DNA of 29,353 nucleotides. Source: a virus (Duplodnaviria > Caudoviricetes). The stretch lies in the IMG/VR virus record IMGVR_UViG_3300044724_009564, positions 1-29,353 of that record, one strand, 5' to 3'. Below are positions 25,508 through 29,353 of this stretch, piece after piece. A program made the translations under genes and the position numbers. Every line of letters starts with the position of its first letter. The first letter of the stretch is position 1. The notes under the pieces are model-generated. The model searched no databases. It worked only from the letters and a program-made list of their open reading frames with translations, and was not told where the DNA came from.

Positions 25508-26201
25508 TTGTTTAATAGTTCAATTTTTTGTATCTGTTGAAAATTATGCGGAGCCATCTTACAATCAGATAGGGGTCAACCAGGAGTTGTACAAATACAG
25601 TACATTATCTGTTGAACAATATGCAAAACGTATAGATGCTGATTACAAGTTAGTAAGCCAGCCAAAGTTGAATTGGGTACATCCAACTTTTGAAAGATTT
25701 GACTTATTTTTCAACGATGATTGGTGGGAAAATTATGATCATATACTTTATTTAGATACTGATGTTATTGTCTGGCCAAACGCTCCTAACATCTTTGTCG
25801 AGTACCCATCAAAAGATAATTTCAAACCTGTGTATGACAGGATAGCAAGAAAAAATAGTCTAAGTTTCCATAAAAATTTAGCGAAGGGAACATGTTTAGA
25901 AAAATTTGCACCTGAAATCTTAAGAACAAGTAGATTTAATGCCGGAGTATTCATGTTGAATAAAAAGTCAGTTGATAAAATTAAGTCACATCTGGATTAC
26001 AAGAATTTACAAGGCGATGATAATGAACAATTAATATATGCAATGCTGGAGTCTGGTGTGAAGATTGAAACAATGGACTGGAAGTACAATAAAAAGAATG
26101 GCACAAATTGTTATTTTGGTCATGCCATGGGACAGAAAAAATTTGAAGATGATTATGAAATGTTAAGAGTAGCAAAGGAGACCTTTAGTGCCTCTGTATA
26201 A
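25500..26201 (+). CDS. GT-A glycosyltransferase (GT8-like), paralog B
   Basis: LYLDTDV (DxD), APNIF, FNAGVFML, KYN, FGHAMG; collinear with 20877-21635. Confidence 0.75.
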   Translation: MNNCLIVQFFVSVENYAEPSYNQIGVNQELYKYSTLSVEQYAKRIDADYKLVSQPKLNWVHPTFERFDLFFNDDWWENYDHILYLDTDVIVWPNAPNIFVEYPSKDNFKPVYDRIARKNSLSFHKNLAKGTCLEKFAPEILRTSRFNAGVFMLNKKSVDKIKSHLDYKNLQGDDNEQLIYAMLESGVKIETMDWKYNKKNGTNCYFGHAMGQKKFEDDYEMLRVAKETFSASV

Positions 26202-26772
26202 GAAAAACAACGAATCATTGTTGCACATCCATGTGCCTAAAACCGGTGGTACATCTGTTATGTCAGCACTGAAAGAGCACAATGTTGAAACTTCGTTCAT
26301 ACAAAAAGCATCAAATGACAAGTATGGCGGTGTGCCACCTCAACACATGGATATTGGTTATACAAAAATGTTTTTTGATCTGTCTCAAGTTGAGACTTTT
26401 GCTGTTGTGAGAGATCCGTGGCACAGGACTGTAAGCGAATACGTGTGGAGGACAAGGAGCATAAATTTTACGAAAATAAATCAGTGGTTGGCCGATGCAC
26501 TTACAAATTTACAGCACCGAGATTATCAAAATCATTTACTACCACAATGCAAATTCATCAACGAAGATGTAACTGTCTTTTCCTACAATGACTGGAATAA
26601 AATGTGTCACTATGTCGGTAATCGGTTAAAGATCAAAGACTTTAAAGTCAAGCATTGGCGCCAAAAACGTTTTGATTACAAGGTTCCTCAAATGGATCTA
26701 TTAGATAAAGATGTTCAAATTAAATGGCAACAAATGTATAATGATGATGTTGAATTATATCATTCGCTATAG
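26188..26772 (+). CDS. Sulfotransferase (Sulfotransfer_2-like), paralog 2
   Basis: HIHVPKTGGTS, FAVVRDPWHRTVSEY, NHLLPQ, Y..D..L; GTG start. Confidence 0.82.
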   Translation: MPLYKKNNESLLHIHVPKTGGTSVMSALKEHNVETSFIQKASNDKYGGVPPQHMDIGYTKMFFDLSQVETFAVVRDPWHRTVSEYVWRTRSINFTKINQWLADALTNLQHRDYQNHLLPQCKFINEDVTVFSYNDWNKMCHYVGNRLKIKDFKVKHWRQKRFDYKVPQMDLLDKDVQIKWQQMYNDDVELYHSL

Positions 26773-27374
26773 AAACACTTATTGTGCCTGTGCTTCATAA
26801 TGAAGATATTAAAAGTTATTCGATTGGTGTTTTGATTACTTTCGTAACTGTGCCAAGTTTTGTTTTGATTACCACAAAAAATAAAAGTTGAATTTGGTTT
26901 CCATTCTGCTTCTTTCACAAATGCCCTTTCATCCTGTCGTGTGTACATCTTGGTGCCAATGTTTTGTTGTGGAGCGATGTATGTCACTGAACTCCAAGTT
27001 TTTTCTAAACCTTCTTGATGTATGTAAAACTTGTATGGCAATGGAGGAGTGATACTTATGTGAGCATTAATGCCAAGTTTGTTGTACTTTCTATAATTTG
27101 GATACATCTCGTGAATAGATTTCAAATTTGCAAAAAGATTTTCGCATATGTCTAAGGTTTCGTCATAAAAATCTATTCCGTAGTCATGATAATCTTTTGG
27201 ATGAATATGTATAAGGTCCTTTGTTATGATGTGAGATAATTTGCCTACGCACACATCTTGCAATTTTTGAAAAGTGTTGGTGTCAAATGTGTCATTAATT
27301 ATTTGGTGCGGCCATGGATCCGACATGACCTCTGTATTCATACATTTTTCTACAAATCTTTTCCCTTGGGTCAT
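26760..27374 (-). CDS. 2OG-Fe(II) oxygenase-like protein
   Basis: DPWPH N-terminal motif, HxE (IHQE), GT..Y, distal His (TWHSY) and Arg (NRITFN). Confidence 0.7.
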   Translation of the reverse strand: MTQGKRFVEKCMNTEVMSDPWPHQIINDTFDTNTFQKLQDVCVGKLSHIITKDLIHIHPKDYHDYGIDFYDETLDICENLFANLKSIHEMYPNYRKYNKLGINAHISITPPLPYKFYIHQEGLEKTWSSVTYIAPQQNIGTKMYTRQDERAFVKEAEWKPNSTFIFCGNQNKTWHSYESNQNTNRITFNIFIMKHRHNKCFYSE

Positions 27375-27808
27375 TTTAGCCCTTTACAAATATTGTTGAA
27401 TGTGGCCAATGGCAGATCTAACTGTAGCACAGGTCTGTTTATCCATTTTCTCTTCTGTGGGGTGTTGAATTTTATGTCCTTGCAAGTAGTAAGCAAGAGC
27501 GTATTAGGTGTGTAAGTTATCTCTTTGCCCGATAAAGAAATGTTTTTTGTCCCCGCACTCTTATCATTTCTATCTTTGAAAAACCAAAGTGCTATGACTT
27601 CCTTGTGATAGTTGACTTCTTGAAGATTATCAAACAGTTCATATCCCACCTTGTATTTCGCATCAAAGTCTTGCCATGCATGGTGCTTAAGGTTCCCTTG
27701 GTTCTCATACAGTTTTTCATAATCATCTTTTGGGAAGAAATTTTGTACATAGATATGTTCTACAGGATCTTTGTAAAAATGATTAGGCTTTAGGTTTTTC
27801 CAATCCAT
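27371..27808 (-). CDS. Hypothetical protein, possibly degenerate 2OG-Fe(II) oxygenase fold
   Basis: DPVEHI...NFF....Y..L, Y.PN and C-terminal R..LQL echo the neighbouring oxygenase, but no Fe-binding triad is visible. Confidence 0.55.
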   Translation of the reverse strand: MDWKNLKPNHFYKDPVEHIYVQNFFPKDDYEKLYENQGNLKHHAWQDFDAKYKVGYELFDNLQEVNYHKEVIALWFFKDRNDKSAGTKNISLSGKEITYTPNTLLLTTCKDIKFNTPQKRKWINRPVLQLDLPLATFNNICKGLK

Positions 27809-28482
27809 TATGCACTAAAAAGATTAATGAGTTCCTTTTTCCAGTCATCGGCGTACTCACAATTTCTGTAGCCATCAAACCACGGACCCCCTTCGGTGTA
27901 ATGCAGTATCTTTGGAGATCCATCAGTTGGTTCCTTGTACCAGCCCACTAACCAATTGTATTCCAACGGTAAGGTTCCTATTTCATTGTCTTCTAGCCAA
28001 CCGAATCTGTGTAAAAATTTTGCTGATTCGGTGTTGAGAAGATCTGGCGTGAGTATTTTATTTTTAGGATGTCCGCAATTCCAAAGAACCATGCTAGACC
28101 AATTCTTTCTAGGGTACACTGTCTGTACCTGTCCGTCCATTTTCGTTGTCTCTTTTGGAGTGTGGTCGTGTTGTACGCACACAACTGCCTTGGAGTTATC
28201 ACAATATCTTGTTAATTCGTGTGAAGGAATTTTCCAAAGGAAATCACAATCACAGAACACCGCCCAACCTGTAAAATCGTTCATGTATGGTACAAAGAAT
28301 CTTGTAAAAGTGAATTCTGTAGAAGCCAGTTTGTCTACTGGGCGTGTGTACAGTCCTTGATCACGCATTTGTTTTTGTTTGAGAGGTATTACTTCAGCAG
28401 ACGGATCCCTTCTTTTTATTGAGTGTTCGCAAACTTGGTAAGCAATATCCTCTCTGCTGTCGTGGCCTACGTAAATTTTCAT
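27808..28482 (-). CDS. GT-A glycosyltransferase (YPRKNWSS type)
   Basis: KIYVG.D.RE, STEFTFTRF, FCDCDFL (DxD), YPRKNWSS, YNWLVG, LHYTEGGPW; start moved to ATG 28482 (ATGA overlap). Confidence 0.8.
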   Translation of the reverse strand: MKIYVGHDSREDIAYQVCEHSIKRRDPSAEVIPLKQKQMRDQGLYTRPVDKLASTEFTFTRFFVPYMNDFTGWAVFCDCDFLWKIPSHELTRYCDNSKAVVCVQHDHTPKETTKMDGQVQTVYPRKNWSSMVLWNCGHPKNKILTPDLLNTESAKFLHRFGWLEDNEIGTLPLEYNWLVGWYKEPTDGSPKILHYTEGGPWFDGYRNCEYADDWKKELINLFSA

Positions 28483-29105
28483 TTTCTTCCTGAAACTATT
28501 TTGTGTATGTCTTTCCAATTACTTACACGGATAACGTCAGGATGATCAAAGTCTTGATTGTATGGATGGTCTATTAATATAGGCTTTAAACCGTATTTGA
28601 GCCCTGCTACAGCGTTGTTTGGCTTGTCCTCGACCCAATACAGCCCGGTATCGTGAAACTCCGCTAAAGCACCGTCTTTGTCGGCACCTGTGCCCAGTAT
28701 GTGGTAATTTGTAAACACATGATCACCAAATAGTTCTCCTAGTCTTCTTTTACGCAACTGCTGTGCTGGTATATCTGATGTCTGCGATGTTATTGGTATG
28801 AATGTCCACCCTTCGGCCGCCAACAGTTTTACCCAAGTCTGTGATTCCAGCATCGGTCTCTGTGTTCCCATCCAAGCACTCCTGTTGAACTCTCTTATAT
28901 GCTTCCTAATCTCGTCTTTCGTCACACCAAAACGATCTGCCATCTCGTATGTATTCTGTTTGTCTGGTAATAGTCTGTGTGGATGATATCTTGCACCTCT
29001 CTCGTCAAACAGTGTTTTCTGCAACATCCATTTGGTGAAGTGATGTTCCCACTCCAACAGCACACCGTCTACGTCTGTGAGTATAATCCTATTTGATGTC
29101 GGCAT
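28479..29105 (-). CDS. HAD-superfamily 5'(3')-nucleotidase-like phosphatase
   Basis: Motif I DVDGVL, ITS, K, WVEDK..N, HPYN, RV.NW; start moved to ATG 29105. Confidence 0.82.
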   Translation of the reverse strand: MPTSNRIILTDVDGVLLEWEHHFTKWMLQKTLFDERGARYHPHRLLPDKQNTYEMADRFGVTKDEIRKHIREFNRSAWMGTQRPMLESQTWVKLLAAEGWTFIPITSQTSDIPAQQLRKRRLGELFGDHVFTNYHILGTGADKDGALAEFHDTGLYWVEDKPNNAVAGLKYGLKPILIDHPYNQDFDHPDVIRVSNWKDIHKIVSGRK

Positions 29106-29353
29106 CTTCCATTCCCGCAACCCTCAGTTTGACAATGTTTGTGATCTGCCATTGTTTCTGATCCAGTCCTTTGGTTATGCCCAACCATTGATTTCTGATT
29201 AGTGCGAAGTCGTTCATGATCTTGTCCATGTCAACAACATCGTCCTCACCGTCAACATACTTCTCTGCATCTCTGCTTGACAGTGCCCTGTTGTAGTTCT
29301 CTAGATATTTCCTGAAAGTCTTTGATCTCAGTCTCCTCAACTCGATGTTTAAG
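29089..29353 (-). CDS. uvsY: UvsY-like recombination mediator (5' end outside window)
   Basis: Frame open to the window edge (LNIELRRLRS...); KYVDGEDD, KGLDQKQWQITNIVKLR.AG match the T4 UvsY C-terminal pattern. Confidence 0.75.
   Translation of the reverse strand, partial: LNIELRRLRSKTFRKYLENYNRALSSRDAEKYVDGEDDVVDMDKIMNDFALIRNQWLGITKGLDQKQWQITNIVKLRVAGMEDADIK

Noticed and set aside
13771-28482. Interpretation as a bacterial LPS/capsule locus or chimeric contig
   Set aside because: Flanked on both sides by, and overlapping with, T4-like genes; carries the same late-type motifs; lacks export and polymerisation genes.
450-28986. Numerous 60-190 aa ORFs antisense or out-of-frame to long genes (e.g. 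481-951, 10543-10950, 11611-12174, 22191-22601, 27935-28360)
   Set aside because: Almost entirely nested in genes with clear family motifs; no recognisable motifs or start signals; expected shadow ORFs.
1-29353. tRNAs, CRISPR arrays, transposases, homing endonucleases, introns, Rho-independent terminators, stop-codon recoding
   Set aside because: Intergenic gaps are at most about 60 nt and convergent genes overlap; no such structures were seen by eye, and all genes read intact in the standard code. Weak elements could be missed without tools.

Overview
A densely packed, AT-rich segment of a large T4-like (myovirus-type) dsDNA phage genome, inferred from gp41/gp61/gp62/UvsW/UvsY-like genes and T4-late-like TATAAATA motifs; the host cannot be determined from the sequence. 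The left half (1-13.8 kb, mostly minus strand) is a replication/repair block: two unusual, very small DnaE (Pol III alpha)-related genes, endonuclease III, helicase, primase, a clamp-loader-like subunit, UvsW, a HARP-like protein and SprT. Single radical-SAM, GT10-like and SGNH genes are interleaved among them. The right half (13.8-28.5 kb) is a ~15 kb glycan synthesis/decoration island: Gmd, an AsnB-type amidotransferase, about 10 glycosyltransferase-like genes (four of them KpsS/KpsC-like paralogs), two sulfotransferases, an FkbM methyltransferase, an SGNH protein and 2OG-Fe(II) oxygenase-like genes. It ends in a HAD nucleotidase and a partial uvsY. Several island transcription units start with a TAAnTA-N5/6-start-codon motif, suggesting late, near-leaderless expression and so possibly virion glycosylation. 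The two best candidates for a new system are the 196-aa minimal C-family polymerase core (with a second PHP-less DnaE-like gene) and the late-expressed sulfated/amidated/methylated glycan pathway. No tRNA, rRNA, CRISPR array or mobile element was seen. All family calls come from motif recognition by eye, not database searches.
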